Sequence record: MH791411.1
DNA: 64,000 nt
Reading direction: 5' to 3' (one strand)
DNA from: Escherichia phage Ecwhy_1
In this document: positions 11,561-20,783 of the stretch, one piece after another
How positions within the stretch are numbered: position 1 is the stretch's first letter
Layout: each line of letters begins with the position of its first letter
The notes under the pieces: model-generated
Seen by the model: only the letters and a program-made list of their open reading frames with translations
Told to the model about the DNA's origin: nothing
Database searches by the model: none
Position numbers and translations under genes: made by a program

Positions 11561-13847
11561 ACGCAATAACTTTTTCTACTGCTTTAGTGCGTTTAGGTTT
11601 GATAGCCAATTTACCATCAATCACATCAAACGTCACGTTACCACCATTAACTAGAGAACCACACAACATCTCTTTAGCTAGTGGAACACGGATGTTTTGC
11701 TCAATAGTGCGTTTCATTGGACGTGCACCCATCCCAACTTTAACACCATTTGTTGCCAACCACTCACGTGCCGCTTTAGTCAGGGAAACTTTAACTTTGC
11801 GGTCTTTGATTTGTTCATTCAGACTACCCATGAACTTATCAATGATGCTGTCAATCGCTTCGCTGCTTAGGTCTTTGAATGTCACAATACTATCGATACG
11901 GTTGATGAATTCAGGTGGCAAGAATGCTTTAATAGCTTTATCTTGTGCTGTATCACTACCGCTCATCCCAATACTACGCTTGGTTGAATCTGCTGCACCA
12001 AGGTTAGTCGTCATAATAACAGTTACGTTATTGAAGTAAACAGTTTTACCTTGTGAACCAGTCAAACGTCCTTCGTCCAGAACCTGTAGGAAGGTTAGTA
12101 GTACTTTACGATCAGCTTTTTCGATTTCATCAAGCAACAGTACTGCATTCGGGAACTGCTCAATCTTGTCGAGTAGCAGACCGTTACCAGAATCGTGACC
12201 AACATAGCCTGGAGGTGAACCAATCAGTTTAGCAACAGTATGTTCCTGTGAAAACTCGGACATATCGAAACGAATCAGTTCGGAACCAGTTGCATCAGCC
12301 AGTGCTTTGGTAATTTCAGTTTTACCAGTACCAGATGGACCAACAAACATGAATGCACCTTGAACACTTGATTTATCACGCAGACCAGCACGAGCTACCA
12401 TCACGTTATCAACCAGTTTCTGTACTGCTTCTTCTTGACCGTATACACGAGAACGGAGTGCATCTGGTAGATTACGCATACGTTCACTTTCAGTGCAAGC
12501 AACCACGTTAATATCTAGGTTTGCGATACCTGCAACAACTTCTTGAATCAGTGCAACAGTGATGATGTTATCATCAGTTTCACGAGAACGTACTTTCGCT
12601 GCTGCCGCATCCATTAGGTCGATTGCTTTGTCAGGGAAGTGTTTGTTCTTCAGGAACTTATCACTTAGTGTAATAACTGCATCCATTGCTTCAGTACTGA
12701 ACTCTACGTTATGGAAAGTTTCATAAGTAGATTTCAAACCATTCACAATCGCACGGGTTTCATCAATTGTTGGCTCAACTACATCAATTTTCATGAAACG
12801 GCGAGTTAGTGCACTATCTTTTTCGATGTTTTTACGATATTCATCGTAAGTTGTTGCACCGATTACACGAATCTCACCACGAGATAGTGCAGGTTTGAGC
12901 ATGTTGCTCATATCCATAGAACCGTTGCTTGCTGACCCAGCACCAACCATAATATGGATTTCATCGATGAACACAATAGTGTTTTCACGTTTCTTCAGTT
13001 CTTTTAGTAGGTTATCGATACGTTCTTCGAACTCACCACGGTACTTAGTACCAGCAGTCAGTGCACCTACGTTCAGAGACAGAATTTCAACATCTTTAAG
13101 ATGCTCTGGTACTTCACCATCAGCGATTGCCTGTGCTAGACCATCAATGATTTGAGTTTTACCAACACCAGCTTCACCAGTCAGGATGGCATTCTTCTTA
13201 GTCTTACGGGCCAGAGTTTCAATCAGTGCAGAAAGCTCTTTCTGGCGACCAATCATTGGGTCAAGTTTACCTTCTTTTGCAAGTGCGGTTAGGTTAGTGG
13301 TGTAATCTTCTAAACCTTTTTGTTTGGACGATGGTTGCTGTTGTGCCACTTTTTTCTCCCCAGTTGGCTCATCACTAATGCTTTGAAGGTTGATTCCGTT
13401 GTCGATTGCTTCTACGTGCTTCTGTAGAGTTCGTGCTGCTTCAGTACAAGTGATACCCTCTTCACGCAATGCTGCTTCTAGTGCAGTATTTGGGAAGGAC
13501 AAACACTCAAACAGTACAAAATAAGCATCAATTGAGAAATCATCACGTTTAAGTTGCTCAATTACTGATTTCTTAGAAAGTTCCTGAACTACACGGTTCA
13601 CGAGAAGTGATGTGCGGTTCGCTTCATCACCATCAGCACTTTTAGGTGCATGTGGGAATGTTGTATTCTTCAGATATGCAATCAAACGACCGTGTAGGTT
13701 GTCTGCATCGATGTTCATATCTTCAAATACTGCTTTGATGCTATCGATTGTCAGTACTGTAGCACTTAGATGGTCAATAGTCAAGAATGTATGACCCAGA
13801 GAAGTTGCCAGTTCGTCGCTTTTTTTGAATAATTGGGTAAGATTCAT
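11559..13847 (-). CDS. clpA: ClpA-type ATP-dependent protease ATP-binding (unfoldase) subunit homolog
   Basis: ClpA-like N-domain (MNLTQLFKKSDELATSLGHTFLTIDHL...). Two AAA+ modules with Walker A motifs GEAGVGKT and GPSGTGKT and sensor/arginine-finger regions. KRSIGMSGSD aligns with the E. coli ClpA ClpP-docking IGL loop. The start is the ATG at 13847, preceded by AGGAGA; the ORF track's GTG at 13871 lies inside the promoter/5'UTR. Confidence 0.85.
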   Translation of the reverse strand: MNLTQLFKKSDELATSLGHTFLTIDHLSATVLTIDSIKAVFEDMNIDADNLHGRLIAYLKNTTFPHAPKSADGDEANRTSLLVNRVVQELSKKSVIEQLKRDDFSIDAYFVLFECLSFPNTALEAALREEGITCTEAARTLQKHVEAIDNGINLQSISDEPTGEKKVAQQQPSSKQKGLEDYTTNLTALAKEGKLDPMIGRQKELSALIETLARKTKKNAILTGEAGVGKTQIIDGLAQAIADGEVPEHLKDVEILSLNVGALTAGTKYRGEFEERIDNLLKELKKRENTIVFIDEIHIMVGAGSASNGSMDMSNMLKPALSRGEIRVIGATTYDEYRKNIEKDSALTRRFMKIDVVEPTIDETRAIVNGLKSTYETFHNVEFSTEAMDAVITLSDKFLKNKHFPDKAIDLMDAAAAKVRSRETDDNIITVALIQEVVAGIANLDINVVACTESERMRNLPDALRSRVYGQEEAVQKLVDNVMVARAGLRDKSSVQGAFMFVGPSGTGKTEITKALADATGSELIRFDMSEFSQEHTVAKLIGSPPGYVGHDSGNGLLLDKIEQFPNAVLLLDEIEKADRKVLLTFLQVLDEGRLTGSQGKTVYFNNVTVIMTTNLGAADSTKRSIGMSGSDTAQDKAIKAFLPPEFINRIDSIVTFKDLSSEAIDSIIDKFMGSLNEQIKDRKVKVSLTKAAREWLATNGVKVGMGARPMKRTIEQNIRVPLAKEMLCGSLVNGGNVTFDVIDGKLAIKPKRTKAVEKVIA

Positions 13848-13885
13848 GTATTCTCCTAAATGAGTAGTCACTCTAATTAATAAAC

Positions 13886-13913
13886 ATTATATCACATTCT
13901 TTGCGTTTGTCAA
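13886..13913 (-). promoter_or_regulatory. Sigma70-consensus promoter, TTGACA-N16-TGaTATAAT, reading leftward
   Basis: Minus strand reads ccTTGTTGACAaacgcaaagaatgTGaTATAATg: perfect -35, 16-nt spacer, extended -10. Sits about 33 nt upstream of the ClpA ATG. The same 12-mer (cattatatcaca on the + strand) recurs at 43184 and 55526. Confidence 0.7.
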
Positions 13914-13943
13914 CAAGGTAAATAAAGATATACCCGATTTATT

Positions 13944-15452
13944 TTGGAGACAAACATGGCATATAGAATGTGGAAAAAAGGTAGAACCAATGATTACAAG
14001 TTCATTGACTCTGCCATAGCAGAACAATACAACATCGGTGGTGTTGACATGTGGCTTTATGCCTATGTCGGACCAAAACAAGTCGCTGATAACACTGATT
14101 TATCATACGGCGGTGATTATTATGGATCAGATAGTACCGTTGTGTCAAGCATTGGTGATTTAATTTTTGGTGACACTCCAAGTCGTAACTATAATCTCGA
14201 AGCTATCACCTTAAGTTGCGTCTACCAAGTCCAAGAAGCAACTCCTGACTTGAAAATCCCAGGATTGTTCTTCAACTTTAACACTATGGACATCACAATT
14301 CATTATAACACAATGATTCAGCGTTTGGGAAGAAAAATTATGCCAGGTGACGTAATCGAACTTCCTAACTTACGTGATTTTGATGTACTTGGTAAAGATT
14401 CTGGTTTAAACCGCTTCTATGTAGTACAAGATGGGTTTAGAACGTCAGAAGGTTACTCAGTTACATGGCAACATCACATTTACAAACTCCGTGTTAAACC
14501 TCTTACTGATTCACCAGAGTACTCTGACCTTCTAGGTAACAATAACTACCCTGATGACCCAGATGATCCAAACAACGGCAATGGTAATACTGATGATGGC
14601 TCTTCAGAGAACAGCAGCTATGGTAATGAAATGGATATTATGAACCGTATCATTATGCAAGCTGATGATGAAGTACCATACATTCATTTTACTAACGAAC
14701 ACTTGTTCGATGACAGACCAGATACTGTTGATTTGTCTAAGTATATGCTAAATGGATACGAATTACCAGAGGAACCAGCAAATAAAATGTATTTCCTCAA
14801 GAAAACTTACCCAGTACTGAAAGAACTATCTAATGATACATGGATTTCTGTAGAAGTCAAGCGTGGAACAATCTTTCCTCGCAAACCGATGGATGGTGAC
14901 TTCTTCTTTAAAGAAAACGAGGCTGATGTCACTGGCTTCTCATTGTATCAATACGATAAATCTGCCAAAAAGTGGCTAAATTGTGATGTTGAGTATACTA
15001 CAGAAAGCACACCACCACAAGGGGTTGATGATTTTTATATTGAATACAAAGAACCACACATTTATCAGTACTTAAATGGTAAATGGGGAGAACCAGAAGT
15101 AACTTACGTTAATGACCCATTCACTTCTAATAGTGTTTATGGAAATATCGATTCACAACAAGATTATCGTCCTAAGATTCCTCCAGCACGAGGTACAGTT
15201 CCTGAAGGTAATATGTTCCCAAGTGATGCAGTTGATGGTGATTACTACTATCGTACCGATTATACACCAGTAACCCTATGGGAATACAGTGCGTCCAAGA
15301 ATTCTTGGGTGATTTTCGATTACGGTGGTAGAAAACCGTGGGAAGGTGCAGATCTTGCTCTAACAGAATTTGTTAATAGCCCGAACCGTGTACCATTACA
15401 TGATGCAGTTAAACCTAATACAGCGTATCGTATACATAAGGATTCAGAATGA
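13944..15452 (+). CDS. Structural protein, putative tail fibre or receptor-binding component (hypothetical)
   Basis: RBS tTGGAGAcaaacATG. Asn/Asp/Gly-rich linker (NNYPDDPDDPNNGNGNTDDG). Repeated C-terminal modules carrying DGDFFFKEN and DGDYYYRTDY motifs that are also present in the giant ORF and the 654-aa fibre. ATGA-coupled to the next gene. Confidence 0.6.
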   Translation: METNMAYRMWKKGRTNDYKFIDSAIAEQYNIGGVDMWLYAYVGPKQVADNTDLSYGGDYYGSDSTVVSSIGDLIFGDTPSRNYNLEAITLSCVYQVQEATPDLKIPGLFFNFNTMDITIHYNTMIQRLGRKIMPGDVIELPNLRDFDVLGKDSGLNRFYVVQDGFRTSEGYSVTWQHHIYKLRVKPLTDSPEYSDLLGNNNYPDDPDDPNNGNGNTDDGSSENSSYGNEMDIMNRIIMQADDEVPYIHFTNEHLFDDRPDTVDLSKYMLNGYELPEEPANKMYFLKKTYPVLKELSNDTWISVEVKRGTIFPRKPMDGDFFFKENEADVTGFSLYQYDKSAKKWLNCDVEYTTESTPPQGVDDFYIEYKEPHIYQYLNGKWGEPEVTYVNDPFTSNSVYGNIDSQQDYRPKIPPARGTVPEGNMFPSDAVDGDYYYRTDYTPVTLWEYSASKNSWVIFDYGGRKPWEGADLALTEFVNSPNRVPLHDAVKPNTAYRIHKDSE

Positions 15453-16792
15453 AAATAGATTATTATTATGATGGTCAATTTCGTCGAGTACTGAAACATC
15501 TTATCAGAGTGTTTGGTGAATTTCAAGTACAAAATGGTGTTGATGCTGACGGAAAACCAAAATATAAGAAAGTTCCTTGCCGCTATGCAGATATTTCACG
15601 TATGGCAGCAGCAATTATTAATGGTAACAGTGAGAACGTGCTTCCAACAGCACCAATCATGACCATTAGTGTAAACCAACTTAAACTAGATCGCAAGTCA
15701 GTTCGTTCAAACGCAAATGAAACATTAGTTATGGGGACTAACAAGTCCCCTGGAATTAACGAATATACTAAAGACTTAGATAAACAGTATAAAGTAACTC
15801 GTCATAACCCAGTACCTTGGACATTTACGTTTGATGTTAATATTTGGGTTACACAAACACAAACTAAAATGGAACTATTTGAGCAAATTTCAACATTGTT
15901 TGCTCCTAGTATTCAATTACAACTCTCCGAGAACCCACTGGATTGGACATCATTGAGTGATGTGGAGTTGATTGACTGTCAATTTACTACTCGTGGTTTC
16001 CCACAAGGAACCGATAGTGATTTGGATATAATGGTATTGACATTTGAAACCACAATTTGGTTCTCTTTGCCAGCTATTGTTGAGAAACCAAAACTTATCC
16101 AACAAATCACCACCAATATTAAAGGTGCTCGTGATGAACTTGATTTTGAAATTGGTAATTACTCGGATATCATTACTGATGTATTCACACCAAAGAACTT
16201 ATGTATTAAAGTTGATGAAATAACAAACTCTGAACTTAATATTCCAGATACTTACCAACTCACTCTTGTTAGTCAATCACTATCAGAAACATCACCAAAT
16301 GGTGGGATTTATTCATGGGAAAAATACCTTAAGTACTTGGACCCAGAATATGAAGACAAGACTGTAGGTATTAAATTCCAACAAGCTATAGAAGAGGATA
16401 ACCCACTAAAAGGACATATCTCTTCATTTGGGGAAGGGGCTGATTCTAACAAGATTGTAGTTCAGCTTGATAATAGTAATTATACTGTTGATTATACAAT
16501 ACATGGATTCATTAGTAAAGACTCTTTGTTATATAACGCACTACCTGAACAATATTATGTAAATAATAGCATACATAACATCATTTACAAAGAGACTGAA
16601 ATCCCAGCGAACTATTTGTTTAAAATTACCAATGATGGAGCAGAACTTATTGAGCCATCGCGAGTACACAACTATGTTTATAATATGGAAGATAGTGGAT
16701 ATTATAGATATAATGACAAATTCAAATGGCATAAGAGTATTATGTCAGTATATCGTCAGGGATATTGGAAAATAACTTTCACTGACAAATAA
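15449..16792 (+). CDS. Hypothetical structural protein
   Basis: Start overlaps the upstream stop by 4 nt (ATGA). Long ORF in the same transcription unit as the structural genes. No recognisable catalytic motif. Confidence 0.6.
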   Translation: MKIDYYYDGQFRRVLKHLIRVFGEFQVQNGVDADGKPKYKKVPCRYADISRMAAAIINGNSENVLPTAPIMTISVNQLKLDRKSVRSNANETLVMGTNKSPGINEYTKDLDKQYKVTRHNPVPWTFTFDVNIWVTQTQTKMELFEQISTLFAPSIQLQLSENPLDWTSLSDVELIDCQFTTRGFPQGTDSDLDIMVLTFETTIWFSLPAIVEKPKLIQQITTNIKGARDELDFEIGNYSDIITDVFTPKNLCIKVDEITNSELNIPDTYQLTLVSQSLSETSPNGGIYSWEKYLKYLDPEYEDKTVGIKFQQAIEEDNPLKGHISSFGEGADSNKIVVQLDNSNYTVDYTIHGFISKDSLLYNALPEQYYVNNSIHNIIYKETEIPANYLFKITNDGAELIEPSRVHNYVYNMEDSGYYRYNDKFKWHKSIMSVYRQGYWKITFTDK

Positions 16793-16804
16793 GGAGGTGT
16801 TGTT

Positions 16805-17269
16805 ATGAATGAAGCAGTAGGTGCTATATTTTTATCTAAAAGTACTGGACACATGATGTTAAACTTGAGATCAGAAAGAAGTACGTATTCTAACAACTGG
16901 GCATTTGTTGGTGGGAAGCTTGAGTATAATGAAACTCCGTTACAGGGTCTTATGCGTGAGATTAAAGAAGAGCTAGGTGATTCTATTCCAACGATAATAG
17001 ATATTATACCATTTGATGTATTTTGTACGAAGAATGGTAAATTTAAATATTATTCATTTGTCATTGTAGTTGAAAATGAATTCGTACCTACTTTAAATCA
17101 TGAGAGTTCTGGTTATGCATGGGTTAAGATTGGCTCATGGCCCAAACCATTACATCCTGGTGCAAAAAACACATTACTCAACACAAATTTAATGAAGGAT
17201 TTCTATTCATTGTGGGAAAGTATACGACAAGGTACACAGTTTGTCAACAGCTTACCATATCGATATTAA
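16805..17269 (+). CDS. Nudix hydrolase
   Basis: Nudix box GGKLEYNETPLQGLMREIKEELGD matches GX5EX7REUXEEXGU. GGAGG-type RBS (aaggaggtgttgttATG). Followed by a bidirectional terminator. Confidence 0.75.
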   Translation: MNEAVGAIFLSKSTGHMMLNLRSERSTYSNNWAFVGGKLEYNETPLQGLMREIKEELGDSIPTIIDIIPFDVFCTKNGKFKYYSFVIVVENEFVPTLNHESSGYAWVKIGSWPKPLHPGAKNTLLNTNLMKDFYSLWESIRQGTQFVNSLPYRY

Positions 17270-17278
17270 TAAAAAAAA

Positions 17279-17307
17279 GGAGCCAATGGCTCCTTTTTTC
17301 TTTTTAT
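17279..17307. terminator. Bidirectional intrinsic terminator
   Basis: AAAAAAAA-ggagcc-aat-ggctcc-TTTTTTCTTTTT between the convergent Nudix gene (+) and the 366-aa gene (-). Confidence 0.75.
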
Positions 17308-18404
17308 ACCCCAATTAGTGGGATACCTGTTATATTAAGTAGAACCGATGCTTGAAGCTTAACTGACTCACCTGCCGAAAGGTTGTTTACTATACCATCG
17401 ACGCGGAACCCTAAGTTTTTATTAGAGTTAAGAGAGTTAACCACCCAGTTTTCGTAATCCGCTTTTGTAATACCATTCGGATTTGGGAGAGTTGGGTCAA
17501 CACCATTAATTACCATAGATACATCCCAATTAGGGCGACTACTTGTAATTACATCCTTGATTGATTCTAGTTGTGTTATGCGACGTGGGTCTGGAATCTG
17601 ACTTGCACCAATTGAACCAGGAACAAATGTACCTTGGTTATCAACATAGAACTGACCTTTAATGAAAAATGTTTTTGAATTATACGGAAGAGAAACAATT
17701 TCACCTGATGAATCACTAACTTCACGAATCATAATTTTCAATTCATAAAAATAGTTACTACCAAATTCAAACACACCAGTACCATTTGTAAATGTTGTCC
17801 AGTTATTTGAATCAACCTGTGAAGTACCACCCATATTGAAGTACGCTAATGGCTTAGTACTGTTACTTTGTGTAAATTCAATATATTTCTTACCTGTATC
17901 ATAGTTGATATCAAGTAGTGTGGAGTACTCTTTATTTTCTGGACGAGATGTTTGAATTTCACGCCATTCTTTATTTTTCATTAGGACACGAAGGGAATCA
18001 CCATTACTGGTAAGAACCATACGACCCATAATACTATTTTCACCATCTGGTACTGTGTTGAAAATTGAAATCATTGGGATAGATGCCCAGTCAGCTTCAG
18101 ATGCAGTATCTACTGGCTGACGAGCATTATCAACTAATGCAAGAAGTAGTTCGCCAGTGTTGCCAGTATTTCTGTACCAAATCTGACCATTAACGTTACC
18201 ACGAGGTGCAGTAGCTCCACTGAAGTTCTCAACCAAGTGGAGGAAGTTTTCGTTCCATGCTTGACCGTAACCAACTTTATTTCGACCTGCAAAGTTTAAC
18301 GGTACTGGGTTACTACCAGGTTGGTTTGGTCCTAATATTACGTTATTTGGAATGGTAGCATAAACGCTACCATTACTTCTATAAATTGTATAACTTACAC
18401 TCAT
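17304..18404 (-). CDS. Hypothetical structural protein (tail/baseplate candidate)
   Basis: 366-aa ORF, first of three tightly packed minus-strand ORFs (366/202/165 aa) separated by 9-12 nt. Asn/Gly/Thr-rich beta-type composition. Confidence 0.55.
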   Translation of the reverse strand: MSVSYTIYRSNGSVYATIPNNVILGPNQPGSNPVPLNFAGRNKVGYGQAWNENFLHLVENFSGATAPRGNVNGQIWYRNTGNTGELLLALVDNARQPVDTASEADWASIPMISIFNTVPDGENSIMGRMVLTSNGDSLRVLMKNKEWREIQTSRPENKEYSTLLDINYDTGKKYIEFTQSNSTKPLAYFNMGGTSQVDSNNWTTFTNGTGVFEFGSNYFYELKIMIREVSDSSGEIVSLPYNSKTFFIKGQFYVDNQGTFVPGSIGASQIPDPRRITQLESIKDVITSSRPNWDVSMVINGVDPTLPNPNGITKADYENWVVNSLNSNKNLGFRVDGIVNNLSAGESVKLQASVLLNITGIPLIGV

Positions 18405-18416
18405 ATCATCACCTTA

Positions 18417-19025
18417 TTATTGTAGTTGGACACGAACTGTGTATTTGATTTGCAAAACACGGTTAGCACTTTTCTCAACTGGGTGAAAAATAATATGGGT
18501 AAGTGGAATACCGCTATCACCATTTGTATATAAACCCAATTCGTCAAATACATATGTCCCATCCATGCTAGTACCAGAGCTAACACCTTGGTCAGATGGC
18601 TCACCTAAACCTAATGTACAAATACAGACGATATCAGTGTAAGCTTGACCTGGAATGTGAACAGTTGTAATGTTGTTATATTGTGAATCAATACCAGCAG
18701 AGATACGTGGGTTGATTTTTTTCAGATAAGTCTGAGAATATAGACCACCGAAAGAAGTAACGCGTGGTTTCTTGTATGTGATACGACCAGTACTCAAAAC
18801 TACTGTTCCACCATTACCAAAACGCATCTCACTAATAGATCCAATAGGAATACCAGTACTATCTTGATTATAAGCCAACGCATTAGCAATAGCAGTACTC
18901 ATATTTTCAGGGTGAATTGCGTTTGATTTATCCAAAACGATTTTTTGGTTAGATGGATCAGTAACGTCAGTAATTAGTACATGACCCTTAACAAATAGTT
19001 TTGGTTGTTCTGTTTCTAATTTCAT
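18417..19025 (-). CDS. Hypothetical structural protein
   Basis: 202-aa ORF translationally close to its neighbours on both sides. Confidence 0.5.
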   Translation of the reverse strand: MKLETEQPKLFVKGHVLITDVTDPSNQKIVLDKSNAIHPENMSTAIANALAYNQDSTGIPIGSISEMRFGNGGTVVLSTGRITYKKPRVTSFGGLYSQTYLKKINPRISAGIDSQYNNITTVHIPGQAYTDIVCICTLGLGEPSDQGVSSGTSMDGTYVFDELGLYTNGDSGIPLTHIIFHPVEKSANRVLQIKYTVRVQLQ

Positions 19026-19034
19026 TTCTAATCC

Positions 19035-19532
19035 TTAGTAGTTAATTAAAATTTGTTCTAACTTACCAGCTAAACTTTTTTGTACATCAGATGGATACTT
19101 GCTAATGTAATCACGGTCAATACCAACTTTCAGATAGGTAAAGTTTCCGGTTAAGGTTTCAGCGAATGTACCAGTTGTACCTTGTTCTCTAATAAGGTCA
19201 CCACCATTTGGGTTAAGAATGACATTATCAGTAAATTCAAGATAGAAGTTGCAGCTTTCGGTAAATTTAATTGGGAACCAATCATCGTCAGATGGATTAC
19301 TTGCCAGTGTAGCGAGTACGTAAATTCTACCAATGAAGTTACGTAGGGTAAAGGATATTGTATGTAATCCTGTAGTACTACCATAATAGCCGCCACTAGC
19401 TAATGGTAATGTTTGTTCGTTCCAATGATAATCTAAGTTAGCAGGATACCAGCTATCTGATTCAGGAAATTCTTGCCATGAACCATCTTTAGTTTTTCTT
19501 TTGAAGAGGAAGTCTTTTGATCTTAATGCCAT
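19035..19532 (-). CDS. Hypothetical structural protein
   Basis: 165-aa ORF; first gene of the leftward three-gene unit, divergent from the collagen-like fibre gene. Confidence 0.5.
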   Translation of the reverse strand: MALRSKDFLFKRKTKDGSWQEFPESDSWYPANLDYHWNEQTLPLASGGYYGSTTGLHTISFTLRNFIGRIYVLATLASNPSDDDWFPIKFTESCNFYLEFTDNVILNPNGGDLIREQGTTGTFAETLTGNFTYLKVGIDRDYISKYPSDVQKSLAGKLEQILINY

Positions 19533-19641
19533 TGTTAAGCCCTTTTAGTAGTGAACTTTCATTTATTTATTAATGGCAACGAAATGTATTTTGTACTGAT
19601 AAATATTGGTATATGACATTAACTCATACAAGGGAAATATT

Positions 19642-20769
19642 ATGACAATTTCATTCAACAATGGGTCAGGTGGTTCATGTAATAATTCTGGCATCAAAAG
19701 TTTAGTTATTAACGCTGCTGGACATTTAATTGTAACCTATTCCGACAATACAATCCAAGACCTAGGTCTAGTGGTTGGACAAAATGGTGCTAACGGTAGA
19801 AACTTTTATCCAAATGAGATAGGTTTTGAAGTTCCTAATGAACTCTTCCGTGTTGGTGAAGAACTAGGGTGGTGTTATCTTAGTCTTGCAAATGGCACTA
19901 GTACTTTATATTTCAAATCAAACGATGCACAAGAAGCAATTAGTACTTGGAACCGTGTAGAGTTTGGTAAAGGCGATACTGGTGAAACTGGTAAACCATT
20001 CCACATTGACAGTTCTGGTACGGTGTTTCCAACAACTGGTCTTTTCAATAATTACACATTCTATAATACTGAAGATGGTAAATTATATTTCTATCAAAGC
20101 GTAACTGCAACATGGAGTGATGGTATTCCTTTCCGTGGTGAACAAGGTCTACGTGGTCGTTTCCATATTGATAGTACTGGTAGTCAATTCCCAAGCATTG
20201 ATAATCTACCACAAGATTATTGCTTCTATAACACGACAGATGGTAATTTGTATTATGTCGATATCGTAACTACATCATCAACCCCAACTAAAGAGTGGAG
20301 TGCTGGTATCTTATTCCGTGGAAAAGACGGTGAAGAAGGTAAGCAAGGTGAACAAGGTATTCAGGGTGAACCAGGTAAAGATACAGTTGTTATCATCAAC
20401 ACTATTGATCATTCATGGACTAACGCATTGTTAGTTATTGGTACATGCCCTGCTGGATACCTAGTAACTAATATCGAAGTTGATATTAACCAAGCATATG
20501 ATGAACCAGTAAATGAAATGTTTGTACGTTTCGGTGGTGAAGCACAAGAAGATATTGGTGGTACTGTAATTGCACCTGTTGATTATTTCGATATCAACCG
20601 CAAAATGCGTTACATTGTTAACGAAACCAACCACGAAGTATCAAGTAAAGATGAAATCATTTCTTGTGTATTCAATGATTCCGTAAACAACAGTTCATTT
20701 GGTGAAATGAAGATCGTTTGTACTTTATCATGGCAAGCACCTATTCAGCCTATTCAAGATAACATTTAA
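19642..20769 (+). CDS. Collagen-like repeat tail fibre protein
   Basis: Gly-X-Y triplet run GKDGEEGKQGEQGIQGEPGKD plus shorter runs (FRGEQGLRGR). Two repeated beta modules (FHIDSSGTVFPTTGLF.../FHIDSTGSQFPSIDNL...). Likely start is the ATG at 19642 (aagggaaatattATG); the ORF-track start at 19606 is a TTG. Confidence 0.7.
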   Translation: MTISFNNGSGGSCNNSGIKSLVINAAGHLIVTYSDNTIQDLGLVVGQNGANGRNFYPNEIGFEVPNELFRVGEELGWCYLSLANGTSTLYFKSNDAQEAISTWNRVEFGKGDTGETGKPFHIDSSGTVFPTTGLFNNYTFYNTEDGKLYFYQSVTATWSDGIPFRGEQGLRGRFHIDSTGSQFPSIDNLPQDYCFYNTTDGNLYYVDIVTTSSTPTKEWSAGILFRGKDGEEGKQGEQGIQGEPGKDTVVIINTIDHSWTNALLVIGTCPAGYLVTNIEVDINQAYDEPVNEMFVRFGGEAQEDIGGTVIAPVDYFDINRKMRYIVNETNHEVSSKDEIISCVFNDSVNNSSFGEMKIVCTLSWQAPIQPIQDNI

Positions 20770-20783
20770 AAGAGGGTTGATAA

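Noticed and set aside
17240-17252. Another ttgtcaaca (TTGACA on the minus strand) resembling the promoter -35 element.
   Set aside because: It lies inside the Nudix coding sequence (…QFVNSLP…) and has no TATAAT at the proper spacing on the minus strand. Likely chance.
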